Of a DNA stretch of 64,000 bases, positions 49,506 through 60,072 are shown piece after piece. Location: positions 800,001 to 864,000 of the forward strand of contig CBDAOY010000009.1 of NCBI GenBank assembly GCA_965198225.1, read 5' to 3'. The notes beneath the pieces were generated by a model. That model was not told the DNA's origin, did no database searches, and was given only the letters and a program-made list of their open reading frames with translations. Source of the stretch: Terriglobia bacterium. Its GTDB lineage: Bacteria; Acidobacteriota; Terriglobia; 20CM-2-55-15. The position numbers and the translations under genes are program-made. Every line of letters starts with the position of its first letter. Position 1 is the stretch's first letter.

Positions 49506-50474
49506 TCACTGCGCCAGGACCCCGGCCAGGTCCAATAACTCCAAGTCCAGTTCTTTCTTCCGCGTGACAACCTCGGACAAGGGGGTTGTTTGCACGGCGC
49601 CTTGCCGCAGGCCCACCAGGCAGCCATATTCTCCGCGCTCGATGGCCGCCACCGCTCCCGCACCGAAACGGGTTCCGAGCAGCCGATCGAAGGCCGTCGG
49701 GATTCCTCCACGCTGGACGTGCCCGAGGATCGTCACTCGAACTTCGAAATGAAGGTCTTCATGTTCCTTGAAGTAATGAACCAGCGCTTCGGCGTTGGAA
49801 CCTGCTCCCTCGGCAACGACGACGATCGCATGGTTCTTGCCCTTTTCATACGCGGCCTGGAACTCCTTTGCGATCGATTCCGGAGTCATTTCACGTTCCG
49901 GGATCACGACAGCTTCTGCACCACCCGTGATGCCGGCGATCAGGGCGAGATACCCGCAGTCGCGGCCCATCACCTCTACGATGTTGCCCCGTTCGTGCGA
50001 AGATGCGGTCACCTTGATCCGGTCGATAGCCTCCAGAGCGATGTTCAAGGCCGTATCGACCCCGATCGTGACATCGGACCCGTAAAGGTCGTTGTCGATC
50101 GTGGACGCGACGCCGACGACCGGACAGCCCCTCTCTGAAAGAGCGAACGAGCCCTCTTGCGATCCGTTTCCTCCGATCACGATCAGCGACTCGATGCCGT
50201 GCTGCGAAAGCTGCCGGATCGCATCGCTCCGGCCCGCATCTGTTGCGAACTCGGGACACCGCGCCGTACCGAGGAAGGTACCACCGCGCTGTATTATTCC
50301 GCTCACATCACGGCTTCCCAGCCGGACGAAGTTTCCGGCAACGAGTCCCGCGTAACCCCGGCGGATCCCGAACATCTCCCATCCTCTTTCTCCCCCGGAT
50401 CGAACGACTGCGCGGATGGCTGCATTCATGCCGGGCGCATCGCCGCCACTGGTCAGAACAGCTACTCGTTTCAT
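49506..50474 (-). CDS. pfkA: ATP-dependent 6-phosphofructokinase
   Basis: TSGGDAPGMN, GGT.LGTAR, TIDND, EVMGR, LGHVQRGG. Confidence 0.96.
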   Translation of the reverse strand: MKRVAVLTSGGDAPGMNAAIRAVVRSGGERGWEMFGIRRGYAGLVAGNFVRLGSRDVSGIIQRGGTFLGTARCPEFATDAGRSDAIRQLSQHGIESLIVIGGNGSQEGSFALSERGCPVVGVASTIDNDLYGSDVTIGVDTALNIALEAIDRIKVTASSHERGNIVEVMGRDCGYLALIAGITGGAEAVVIPEREMTPESIAKEFQAAYEKGKNHAIVVVAEGAGSNAEALVHYFKEHEDLHFEVRVTILGHVQRGGIPTAFDRLLGTRFGAGAVAAIERGEYGCLVGLRQGAVQTTPLSEVVTRKKELDLELLDLAGVLAQ

Positions 50475-50560
50475 GAGAACAGCCTACAGGAAAGCCGATC
50501 GCTGGGGGAAGGTTCGGCGGGAGTCACGACTGAATACTCATTACTGACGACTTCCTACGG

Positions 50561-50589
50561 TTGACGCTTCGTCCGGAAAATCCTATCCT
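50561..50589 (+). promoter_or_regulatory. Putative sigma70 promoter of the bacilliredoxin gene
   Basis: TTGACG-17bp-TATCCT. Confidence 0.5.
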
Positions 50590-50627
50590 TGGGTTTAGGC
50601 AAATCGTTCTTGAGAGGAGAAAAACCA

Positions 50628-51083
50628 TTGGATTTCGAATTCAGACCGACAACGCGCTATCCCGAGGATCTCATCCTGCCGATGAGAGAGGAATTGACAA
50701 GGCTCGGGGTACGGGAGACACGGACGCCGGAAGACGTCGATGAGGCCGTCCAGAAGGGGTCCGGCACGACTATGGTGGTGGTCAATTCGGTGTGTGGGTG
50801 TGCCGCCGGGAGAGCTCGCCCCGGCATCGCACTAGCGCTTCAACATTCGGTAAAACCCAACGACGTGATCACCGTCTTCGCCGGCGCCGACATCGAAGCG
50901 ACCCAGAGGGCTCGCGGTTACTTCAAGGGATATCAACCTTCTTCGCCTTCGATCGCGTTGATGCAGAATGGCGAAGTCGTCTACATGCTCGAACGCCATC
51001 AGATCGAAGGTCGCGAGGCGCCGGAGATCGCGGCAGATCTCGTGGGCGCATTCGACCAGCTGTGTGGGTCGGAGAAGACGTAG
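50628..51083 (+). CDS. BrxA/BrxB-family bacilliredoxin (YphP-like)
   Basis: PMREELT, VNSVCGCAAG.ARP, TVFAG.D, PSSPS, ERHQIEG; TTG start after GAGGAG. Confidence 0.92.
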   Translation: MDFEFRPTTRYPEDLILPMREELTRLGVRETRTPEDVDEAVQKGSGTTMVVVNSVCGCAAGRARPGIALALQHSVKPNDVITVFAGADIEATQRARGYFKGYQPSSPSIALMQNGEVVYMLERHQIEGREAPEIAADLVGAFDQLCGSEKT

Positions 51084-51100
51084 GACGTAGTCCGTTGAAG

Positions 51101-51132
51101 AGAAAAGCCCCTTCGGCGGGCCTTTTCTTTTT
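51101..51132 (+). terminator. Intrinsic terminator (possibly bidirectional)
   Basis: agaaaagccc-cttcggc-gggccttttc followed by a T-tract. Confidence 0.6.
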
Positions 51133-51613
51133 CGGCGGGATTGCGATTCGGCGTTCTTAGACCTTTCTGCTCGGCCAAGACCCGGGGACAGGGCTATACC
51201 CCTGTCCCCCTCACATTGGCTCTCTCGCGGCTCCTGGTCGATTGATCCCAAAGGTGACGATTCATAACAAATAGAAGAACGCGAGCGCACCTGCACAATA
51301 GATTGACTCTGCGTAAGTTCGCGCGCGCGAGTGGCGCTGTCGGGGTCTGGAACCTGTTCTTCAGTTGTGGTTTAGGTGACAGAGGCGGGACGCCCTGCCA
51401 CCTGGCGTCTTCTTTTGTTTCGCTGACACTCCGCGACTGTGTCGGAATCGCGCCGCCCAAGGCTCCAACAGTCGGCGCCATGCCGCAATTCTTTCGTTGA
51501 AACCCGGCGAAACCGAACCCATAATAGGCGGACGCATGGACAGACGTTCGCAATTGGAAGGTGGGCAGGGAACGCCTGCGGATTCCCGGAGGGACCCGAC
51601 AGAGGAATGAGCG

Positions 51614-52177
51614 ATGGGTAGTCGTCTCTTCGTCGGCAACCTTCCGTACGATGCGACGGAAGAGGAATTGACGGGCCACTTCTCTCAGGTGGGCCCCGTG
51701 TCTCGAGTGTTCCTTCCTCTTGACCGGGACACCGGCCGGCCGCGCGGTTTCGCGTTCGTCGAGTTTCCCTCTTCGGAGCACGCGGCCGAAGCGATCCAGC
51801 GCCTGAATCAACAACCCTTCAAAGAACGTCCTTTGGTGGTGAATGAAGCACGGCCCAGTGAGGCCCGTCCGGCCGGTGGGGCCCCTCGCGCCGGTTCACG
51901 CCCTCCGGCCGGCGGTGGGTTTCGCCCCGAGTCCCGAGAGCGGACGACGGTGGGAGGCGGACCACCGAGCCGCCCACCGGCGAAGAGCAAGGCCGGAGGT
52001 GGAGGACGCCGCCGCAGGGGAAAGCGGTCCTCCTGGGATGAGGGACCGAAGAAGGAACCTCTTAAGGAGAAGCTGGGCGGCCGTTTCTACGGAGACGATG
52101 ATGACCCGTCCGATGACGACGAAGACATCGATTTCGAGAACTTTGCCACCGGTGAGGGCGATTCCGACGACGAGTAG
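51614..52177 (+). CDS. RRM (RNP-1) RNA-binding protein with Gly/Arg-rich and acidic tail
   Basis: LFVGNL, DRDTGRPRGFAFVEF, LVVNEARP. Confidence 0.93.
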   Translation: MGSRLFVGNLPYDATEEELTGHFSQVGPVSRVFLPLDRDTGRPRGFAFVEFPSSEHAAEAIQRLNQQPFKERPLVVNEARPSEARPAGGAPRAGSRPPAGGGFRPESRERTTVGGGPPSRPPAKSKAGGGGRRRRGKRSSWDEGPKKEPLKEKLGGRFYGDDDDPSDDDEDIDFENFATGEGDSDDE

Positions 52178-52280
52178 GGTTCTTGCATTCCTGCGGAACC
52201 GGGACTCGTCGGCTCTTTCCCGACCCAATCCGGCCTTGCCACACGCGCCCAGCCCCATCCGTCCTCGAATTCCCGCGCTT

Positions 52281-53672
52281 TTGAACCTGTCTTTGGCCTT
52301 CGCCCTCCTTCTGGCCGTCGCGACCAGGGCCGAAGCTCAGGACGCTGCGCCGGATGCACTCGAAGCTCTGAACACCTCGATCGCTCGCCTTACCCAACGG
52401 ATCACGCCGAGCGTGGTGCAGATTCACAGCAACGCGTTCGCTCCCGCGGTTCGGAGCGGACCGGTGACGGCGGTGACGCTGCAACCGAGGACGGGTTCCG
52501 GGGTAATCGTGAGTCCGGACGGTCTGATCGTCACCAACGCGCACGTCATTACCGGGTCCACCCGCGTCGACGTGCAGCTTGCTTTCGTCGAAGGCGAGCC
52601 CGGCAGTAGTGTTGTCCGTCCGCAAGGGAGAAGGTTGCCCGCCGAGGTACTCGGTATGGACCTCGAGACCGACCTTGCGCTGCTCCAGATCGAGGCCTCC
52701 AACCTGCCGAGCCTGGAGCTGGCCGACTCGGAGGAGGTTCAACAAGGCCAGATTGTTCTCGCTCTGGGCAGCCCGTTGGGGATGGAGAACTCGGTCAGCA
52801 TGGGCGTCATCAGTTCGGTGGCTCGCCAGCTGGAGCCGGAGGACCGGATGATCTATCTCCAGACCGACGCCCCAATCAACCCGGGGAACAGCGGAGGTCC
52901 GCTGGTCGACGTTGCTGGCAACGTGGTCGGCATCAACACGATGATCCTGTCCGGGTCGGGCGGAAGCGACGGGTTGGGGCTTGCGGTGCCGAGCAACATC
53001 GTTCGATCGGTTGTCGCGCAGCTGCGGCAGCGAGGGGTGTTCACTCGAGGCGAGATCGGAGTCGGCGCTCAGACGATAACCCCGGCGCTTGCAAGGGGGC
53101 TCGGGCTGGGTCGGGATCGTGGCGTCGTCCTGGCCGACGTCTACCTCGGAGGGCCCGCCTACGAAGTCGGCCTTCGAGTGGGAGATATCATTCTCTCGCT
53201 GAACGGTAAGCCGATGGAGAATGCCAGGCAGTTCTACGTCAATGTCTACGGGTACGTGGCGAACCGGGTCGTCGGCCTGGAGATTCTGCGCGGGGAAGAG
53301 CAGTTGAGTCGTTTCGTCATGGTCCGCGCCCGCCCGACCGATCCGGAACGCATTGCGCGCATGTTCGACCGGCAGCAGCGAGTGGTGGACAGGCTTGGTA
53401 TTCTCGCGATTGCGGTCGATCGCGAAGTCTCTCAGTTGCTCCCGGTCTTGAGGATGCCCGACGGGATTCTGGTGACAGGTGTGGTGGCCTCGCCCCGCGC
53501 GCCGACGGGGCTCTTCCGGCCCGGTGACATCATCTACTCCATCAACAACAGGTTTCTCAAGTCGGTTGACGAGCTACTTTCCATCCTCGATGGTTTTGAA
53601 CCCGGCGCCCCCGTCGTCATCCAGATCGAGAGGGGCCGCCGTCTCTCCTACCTCGAGGTCCGGCTGGATTGA
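52281..53672 (+). CDS. HtrA/DegP-family serine protease with two PDZ domains
   Basis: GSGVI, TNAHV, DLALL, QTDAPINPGNSGGPL. Start approximate. Confidence 0.92.
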   Translation: MNLSLAFALLLAVATRAEAQDAAPDALEALNTSIARLTQRITPSVVQIHSNAFAPAVRSGPVTAVTLQPRTGSGVIVSPDGLIVTNAHVITGSTRVDVQLAFVEGEPGSSVVRPQGRRLPAEVLGMDLETDLALLQIEASNLPSLELADSEEVQQGQIVLALGSPLGMENSVSMGVISSVARQLEPEDRMIYLQTDAPINPGNSGGPLVDVAGNVVGINTMILSGSGGSDGLGLAVPSNIVRSVVAQLRQRGVFTRGEIGVGAQTITPALARGLGLGRDRGVVLADVYLGGPAYEVGLRVGDIILSLNGKPMENARQFYVNVYGYVANRVVGLEILRGEEQLSRFVMVRARPTDPERIARMFDRQQRVVDRLGILAIAVDREVSQLLPVLRMPDGILVTGVVASPRAPTGLFRPGDIIYSINNRFLKSVDELLSILDGFEPGAPVVIQIERGRRLSYLEVRLD

Positions 53673-54298
53673 TTCCTCAACCACGTTTCATTCTGGGCGT
53701 CGACCTCGATGGTGTATGTGCCGATTTCTACGGAGGGCTGCGTCCCATCGCCGCTGAGTGGCTCGGTGTGGAACCGGACAGTCTCCCCTCCAACGTCAGC
53801 CACGGGCTGTCGGAGTGGGGAATCGAAGCCGCGCCCGGCGGGTATGAAGCTCTCCACCGCTTCGCGGTCACCCAGCGGAACCTGTTCCGGGAACTCCAGC
53901 CCCTCGACCGCGCTGCTGTGACACTGCGCATTTTATCCAGCCACGACATCCGAATCCGGATCATCACGAACAGGTTGTTCATCAAGTATTTTCATCAGGA
54001 GGCGGTGCGCCAGACCATCGAATGGCTGGACCATCACGACATTCCGTACTGGGACCTCTGTTTCATGCGGGACAAGGCGGCGGTCGGCGCTGACCTCTAC
54101 GTCGAGGATGCTCCCGAGAACGTCGAGCAATTACGGGCCGACGGGCATCCCACCATCGTCTTCTCGAACTCCACGAACCGGCATCTGCCCGGTCCCCGCG
54201 CCGATTCCTGGGTAGATGTCCAGTCCGGGGTTTTGACCGAACTCGAGTCCTGGAAGGAGCGGGAGAAAGCCAGTCGAAAGCGGCTCTCGGGAGAGTAA
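53669..54298 (+). CDS. NT5C-type 5'(3')-nucleotidase (HAD)
   Basis: GVDLDGV, IIT.R, K....DLYVED. Confidence 0.8.
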   Translation: MIPQPRFILGVDLDGVCADFYGGLRPIAAEWLGVEPDSLPSNVSHGLSEWGIEAAPGGYEALHRFAVTQRNLFRELQPLDRAAVTLRILSSHDIRIRIITNRLFIKYFHQEAVRQTIEWLDHHDIPYWDLCFMRDKAAVGADLYVEDAPENVEQLRADGHPTIVFSNSTNRHLPGPRADSWVDVQSGVLTELESWKEREKASRKRLSGE

Positions 54299-54391
54299 CG
54301 CTGCGCTGGAGAGTGACGCTGCGCTGCCAGCACACGGGCTGCTAGCACGCGATCGTCCGATATACTCACACCTCGTCGCGGAGGATTCTCG

Positions 54392-57269
54392 ATGTCCGAA
54401 GAAACCAGGAAAGAGCCCAGCCTCATAGAGGCGCTCATTCCCGTCCTGATGCTCATTGTCATGCTATGGGCATCGGTGCGCCTCTTCGGCGATGGATCTT
54501 CTTCCGGGCCGAACCAGATGGCGTTGCTGCTGGCGGCTGCCGCGGCGGTGATCGTCGGGATGAGGAACGGTTACACCTGGGAGGAACTGCAGGACGCAAT
54601 GATCAGTGGCGTTTCGCTGTCGATGGGAGCCGTCTTTATCCTCTTCACAGTGGGCTCGTTGATCGGGACGTGGATCATGGCCGGTATCGTTCCCGCGATG
54701 ATCTACTACGGCCTCCAGATCCTGCATCCCTCCATCTTTTACCTTGCGACCGTGTTTATCTGCGCGATCGTGTCGATCGCCACAGGCAGTTCATGGACCA
54801 CGGCCGGGACGGTGGGCATCGCCTTGATCGGTATCGCCGGCGTCCTCGAGCTGAACCTTGCCATCGCTGCCGGAGCCGTTATTTCGGGATCCTACTTCGG
54901 GGACAAGCTGTCCCCGCTGTCGGACACCACGAATCTGGCACCGGCCATGACGGGCACAGAGCTGTTTACGCACATCCGCCACATGTTGTGGACGACAGTA
55001 CCCGCGTTAGTTATCGGGGGAACTCTGTTTCTCTTCCTGGGATTCCGCGGTGGCGGTCGGCAGGGTGGTGATCTTCAGCTGTTTCTCGATGCGTTGGCAA
55101 CGCAGTTCAACATCGGTTGGTACCTGATGATTTGCCCGGCGATCGTCCTCTTCATGGTGATGAAGAAGGTGCCGGCTTTGCCGGCCCTGTCGATCGGCGC
55201 GCTGCTTGGCGGAGTCTTTGCCGTTATTTTTCAGCAAGCTGCTGTCCTCGATTTCGTCGACAGCCCCGATCTCCCCAGGAGTGTGGCACTGCTGAAGGGC
55301 TTCTGGATTGCGTTGTTTGACGGGTTCAACGCCGATACGGGCAACGAGCGGAGCTACCCTCAAAAGGTGTGTAAATAGCATAGGCGGTGATTATCCTTCC
55401 GGGTGAAATAAAAACCCGGGCGGAAGAGCCCGAAAGGAAGGAGTCACACCGCCATGAGCAAGAAGAACATTGATCGAAGTGTGGAGTCAAGAGTCTGCTT
55501 TGAACAGCTGGAAGAGTGGGTGCGAGAGCAGATCCAGTTTTACGTACAGGAACTGTTGGAGGATGAAGTGACACAGCTGCTGGGCGAAGAAAGAATGAGC
55601 GTCGCCGAGAAGTGGACGCGCCCGGTGGCTATCGCAACGGCTACGGTAAGGAGCGGCGACTGACGCTGAGTTGCGGAACGATCAAGCTGCGGCGTCCCCG
55701 AGTGCGGGATCTGGAAGAGCGTTTTGAGAGCCGGGTCTTGCCGCTGTTTGCCAAGCGGACGCAAGAGGTACGAGACTTGATTCCAGAACTCTATTTGCAT
55801 GGTCTGGCCGAGGGGGATTTCGATCTGGCCTTAAGAGGGCTTTTAGGGGAAGAAGCGCCGCTGTCCCCCAGCACCGTAGCCCGGTTGAAGGAGAAGTGGC
55901 AGGGAGAAATGGAGGCCTGGCAAAGCCGTCGGCTGGACGATCTGGAAGTGGTGTATCTGTGGGCAGACGGTGTGTACATCAAAGCAGGGCTGGAGAAGGA
56001 AAAGGCCGTGATCCTGGTAGTGATCGCCGCTTTAAGTGATGGCACTAAAGTGGTGGTGTCGGTCAGTAGTGGTTATCGAGAATCGACCCAGAGCTGGTCC
56101 GAAGTGCTGAGGGATCTCAAAGCGGCGGGGGATGAACCCACCGAGACTGGTGATGGCTGACGGGCATCTGGGGATCTGGGGAGCGTTGCGCAACGTTTTC
56201 CCAGAAGCCGACGAGCAGAGATGCTGGAATCATCGATCGTCAACTTGCTGGCTAAGATCCCCAAGGGTCGCACAAAGCGGCGTTGTTGATGTTGCGGCAG
56301 ATCCCTTATGCAGAAACACGGCAGGAAGCCGAGCAAGTCAAAGGACGATTCCAACATTGGTGTGGCAAGAGAGGACTGGAGGCTGCGGCTGATCTGATCG
56401 ACCAGGACTGGGATCGGATGGTGACGTTTTACAACTATCCCAAACAGCAGTGGCAACATCTGCGGACTACCAATCCAGTGGAGTCTCCCTTCTCTGCTCT
56501 GCGACTGCGAACCGATGCCTCTCGAAGGTTCAAGAAAGTGGCCAACGCACGGGCTGTCATCTGGAAGATGCTGCTGGTCGCTGAGAAACGATTTACGCCG
56601 TTTGAAGGCTCCGCACGTGATGAAGGATGTCTACCAAGGCGCCCAATATGTCAATGGAGTTCCAGTCAACCAAGTCACCGCGGAGAAAGCCGCCTGATGT
56701 CTATTTACACACTTATTGACGGAACCTCCAACGAGCGTCTCGATGAGCTGCTGACCCGCGGCGGGATGTCGTCGATGTTGACGACCGTGTGGTTGATCAT
56801 GACCGCGATGGTTTTCGGCTCGACGATGGAACGGACAGGTAAGCTTGGACGGATCGCCGGCACGATTCTGGCCTCGGCGCGAAGCACGGGTTCGCTGGTC
56901 CTGGCTACGCTCGCGACCGCGATCGGCACGAACATCGTCGCCTCGGACCAGTACATTGCTATCGTGCGTCCAGGACGGATGTTTCGGGCCGAGTTCGCAA
57001 GGAGAAAGCTGCACCCGAAGAACCTGTCGCGATGTCTGGAAGACGCAGGGACAATGACCTCGTCGCTGGTTCCCTGGAACACCGGCGGCGCCTACATGGC
57101 CGGAACGCTAGGAGTCCCGACGCTCTCCTACCTCCCGTTCGCTTTCGTAAACCTGCTGAGCCCGATCATCTCGGCAACATACGGGTTCACCGGCTTCACT
57201 ATCGAAAAGCTCGACGACGATGAGCCCGAGGCCGCCTCGGCCGTTACCGTCCCCGCTTCAGCCGAGTAA
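54392..57269 (+). pseudogene. nhaC: Na+/H+ antiporter NhaC-family gene interrupted by IS256
   Basis: GSSWTTAGT.G, GSYFGDKLSPLSDTTN, LSR.LED.GT...L.PW. Joining 54392-55350 with 56738-57269 gives an in-frame 496-aa ORF. Confidence 0.9.
55351..56728 (+). mobile_element. IS256-family insertion sequence with frameshifted transposase
   Basis: 28-bp imperfect TIR (gagctaccctcaaaaggtgtgtaaatag / ctatttacacacttattgacggaacctc), 9-bp TSD caacgagcg; YRNGY, LWADG, QRCWNH, RTTNPVES spread over several frames. Confidence 0.93.
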
Positions 57270-57295
57270 CTATCAGTGTTCAAGTTGATGACGTT

Positions 57296-57332
57296 ACTGA
57301 CTACTGATTACTGACTACTGACAACTGACTAC
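57296..57332. repeat. Heptamer tandem repeat (actgact)x5
   Basis: actgact-actgatt-actgact-actgaca-actgact. Confidence 0.8.
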
Positions 57333-57344
57333 AATGGAGTCCCC

Positions 57345-57788
57345 ATGGCACTTCTATTCGTCCTGATCGCCCTCGCCATCGGCATCGTCCTTCCCATGCA
57401 GGCGGGCATCAACGCGCAACTCCGCATCTGGGTCGGACACCCGATCCATGCCGCGTTGATCTCTTTCAGCGTGGGCACTCTGGCGTTGTTTGCCAGTGCG
57501 TCCGCCTTGCGTCTTCCGTGGCCAAGCGTTTCCCATCTGGGGCAGGCCCCGTGGTGGGCCTGGCGCGGCGGGCTCCTCGGCGCCATCTACGTCTCGATGG
57601 CTGTCATTCTGGCGCCGCGGTTGGGAGCCGCCACGCTGATCGGGGCCAGCGTGGCCGGTCAGCTCGTCGGCTCGTTGCTGCTGGACCACTACGGCGTCGT
57701 CGGGTACGCTGTTCGCCCGCTAAGTGTCGAACGCATCATCGGAGTCGCTCTGCTCCTGGTAGGAGTGCTCCTGATTCAACGATTCTGA
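57345..57788 (+). CDS. DMT-family (YdcZ/DUF606-like) inner-membrane transporter
   Basis: QAGIN..L, PWWAW.GG.LGA, PRLGA, GQL...LLDHYG. Confidence 0.9.
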   Translation: MALLFVLIALAIGIVLPMQAGINAQLRIWVGHPIHAALISFSVGTLALFASASALRLPWPSVSHLGQAPWWAWRGGLLGAIYVSMAVILAPRLGAATLIGASVAGQLVGSLLLDHYGVVGYAVRPLSVERIIGVALLLVGVLLIQRF

Positions 57789-57800
57789 GAGGAGAATGAT

Positions 57801-58271
57801 GTGACCCACGACGAATCCCTTCGCAACCACCTGGTCGACCTGCTTCGGGCCGGGCATGCGCATGTCACGTTCGACGCTGCCCTCGAGGACTGGAAGCCCG
57901 AATTGCAGGGCATCAAACCTGCCGGTGCCGCTCACACTCCGTGGCAGCTTCTCGAGCACCTCCGCATCGCGCAGTGGGACATCGTGGAGTTCTCGAGGAG
58001 TGCGGACCACGTTTCCCCGAACTTTCCCGACGGTTACTGGCCGGTGGGAGAAGCACCGGCCGATGATGCGGCCTGGGAATCCAGCCTCGAGCAGTTCCGG
58101 CGGGATCATGAGGGAATGCAGGCTCTGGTCCAGGACGCGGCCGTCGACCTGCACGCCCCCATTTCGCATGGCGACGGCCAGACGATTCTGCGCGAGGCGC
58201 TCATGCTCGCGCAGCACAACGGCTACCACATCGGACAGTTGATGACGCTTCGGAAGATACTGGGAGCCTAG
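57801..58271 (+). CDS. DinB/DUF664-like family protein
   Basis: HTPWQLLEHLRIAQ.DI, H..YHIGQ. Confidence 0.85.
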   Translation: MTHDESLRNHLVDLLRAGHAHVTFDAALEDWKPELQGIKPAGAAHTPWQLLEHLRIAQWDIVEFSRSADHVSPNFPDGYWPVGEAPADDAAWESSLEQFRRDHEGMQALVQDAAVDLHAPISHGDGQTILREALMLAQHNGYHIGQLMTLRKILGA

Positions 58272-59808
58272 GAGTCTGCGCGGCAGAAGGACCGGAATTG
58301 GGCGGATAAAGATCGAAGATATGTCATGGCACGAACCTATCGGACTTATAGCCCAGAACAAACACTGCTGATGCCACCGTCGTTGAGAGATTGGTTGGCC
58401 GAAGATCACCTGTCGTACTTCATATCGGACGCGGTGGACGCGATGGATTTGAGCGCGTTCGAACAGCGGTATGGAACCGAGGGTCCGGGCAATCAGGCGT
58501 TTGATCCGCGGATGATGGTGAAGGTGCTGATTTATGGGTACGCGACCGGAGTGTTCTCGTCCAGGAAGATCGCGGCGAAGTTGACCGACGACGTAGCGTT
58601 CCGGATGTTGGGAGCGGAGAACTTTCCGGCGCACCGAACGATCTCGGATTTTCGCAAACTGCATCTTGAGGAGTTCGGAAACCTGTTTGTGCAAGTGGTG
58701 ATGATGGCGCGGGAAGCGGGACTGGTGAAGATGGGAACCGTGGCGGTGGACGGGACCAAGATGCGGGCGAATGCAAGCAAACGCAAAGCGATGAGCTACG
58801 AACGCATGAAAAAGCAGGAGACCGAATTGGGTGAACAGATTCGGGATCTGTTGAACCGGGCCGAGGCGACCGATGAGGACGAAGACGAGCGATACGGCAA
58901 GGACCGGCGCGGAGACGAACTGCCCGACGGGTTGGCCACGCGCAAGAAGCGCCTGGCCACGATACAGGCGGCCATGAAGCGGCTCGAAGAACGTCAGATG
59001 GCCGCGGACAAGGAAGCGGGACGGAACACCAAAGATCACAAACCCGGATGCGGAAAGAAGCCATTCAAACGTCCCATGGGGGAACCTAAACCCACGGCCC
59101 AGGACAACTTCACCGACCCGGAAAGCCGGATGATGAAGACCTCCACCGAAGGGTTCCAGCAATGCTACAACGCGCAAGCGGTGGTGGATTCCCAGGCCCG
59201 GATCATCGTGGCAACAACGGTGACTGACAATGCATCGGATGTGGGGCAGTTGGAACCCACGCTGGATGCGTTGAGCGACAATCTGGGGGAGCGTCCCGAC
59301 CGCGTGCTGGCCGATGCGGGATATCGATCCGAGTCAAATCTGGGGATGTTGGAACAACGTCAGATTGACGGGTATGTTGCGATGGGTCGCGAGAAGGATC
59401 TCGCCCGTGCCCCACTCCCACCCAAAGACACCGCTGTTGGTCGGATGATGAGAAAGATGAAAACCAAGCGTGGGCGTGACTGCTACCGGGCCCGAAAGCA
59501 CATTGGTGAGCCGCCCTTCGGGTGGATCAAGTCGGTGCTCGGATTCCGACAGTTCAGTCTACGCGGTTTGGACAAAGTGACCGGGGAGTGGAATCTGGTC
59601 ACTCTGGCGGTGAACTTACGACGGATGAACGGGAAGATCGAATGGGCATAATCCGGAAAACCGCAACCCGGCAGACCCGATACACGGCCAATTACGGGTG
59701 TCCGTACAACTCTGAACTCGTCGTATCGGAAGAATCGGTCGATTCTCCTCCGAAGACCCTCTCAAATCCCAATCAGTCCGAGTTCTTTGCGCTCTGCCGC
59801 GCAGACTC
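58272..59808 (+). mobile_element. IS1182-family insertion sequence
   Basis: Perfect 16-bp TIR gagtctgcgcggcaga; CTAG duplicated at 58268-71 and 59809-12. Confidence 0.92.
58326..59651 (+). CDS. IS1182-family DDE transposase
   Basis: SSRKIA, VAVDGTK..ANAS, NFTDPESR.M, YNAQ, LADAGY, EPPFG.IK...GFRQF.LRG; intact frame. Confidence 0.93.
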   Translation: MARTYRTYSPEQTLLMPPSLRDWLAEDHLSYFISDAVDAMDLSAFEQRYGTEGPGNQAFDPRMMVKVLIYGYATGVFSSRKIAAKLTDDVAFRMLGAENFPAHRTISDFRKLHLEEFGNLFVQVVMMAREAGLVKMGTVAVDGTKMRANASKRKAMSYERMKKQETELGEQIRDLLNRAEATDEDEDERYGKDRRGDELPDGLATRKKRLATIQAAMKRLEERQMAADKEAGRNTKDHKPGCGKKPFKRPMGEPKPTAQDNFTDPESRMMKTSTEGFQQCYNAQAVVDSQARIIVATTVTDNASDVGQLEPTLDALSDNLGERPDRVLADAGYRSESNLGMLEQRQIDGYVAMGREKDLARAPLPPKDTAVGRMMRKMKTKRGRDCYRARKHIGEPPFGWIKSVLGFRQFSLRGLDKVTGEWNLVTLAVNLRRMNGKIEWA

Positions 59809-60072
59809 CTAGCCGCTTGATCCCTATGCTTGAGCGTCTTACAGTCAGATGTCTCTTCGACAGGATGAAACCCCTATCTATCGCAAATTGGTCATTGGAC
59901 GAATCCGCATTGGAAGTTGGAGATTGCTAAATTGCTCGATTTCGGATCGGCTGGCATTTCGAGCGGTCTGATGGACCGGGGAAATGTGAGATGAAGCAAT
60001 CTCCGATAAGAAACCTGCAATGTGGATTGTTCAGATATCGCAATTTGCAGTAGCAAGGGGCCCCCTGACCGC

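Noticed and set aside
51843-52280. N-terminal extension of the HtrA ORF
   Set aside because: Overlaps the RRM gene; a signal peptide begins near 52281.
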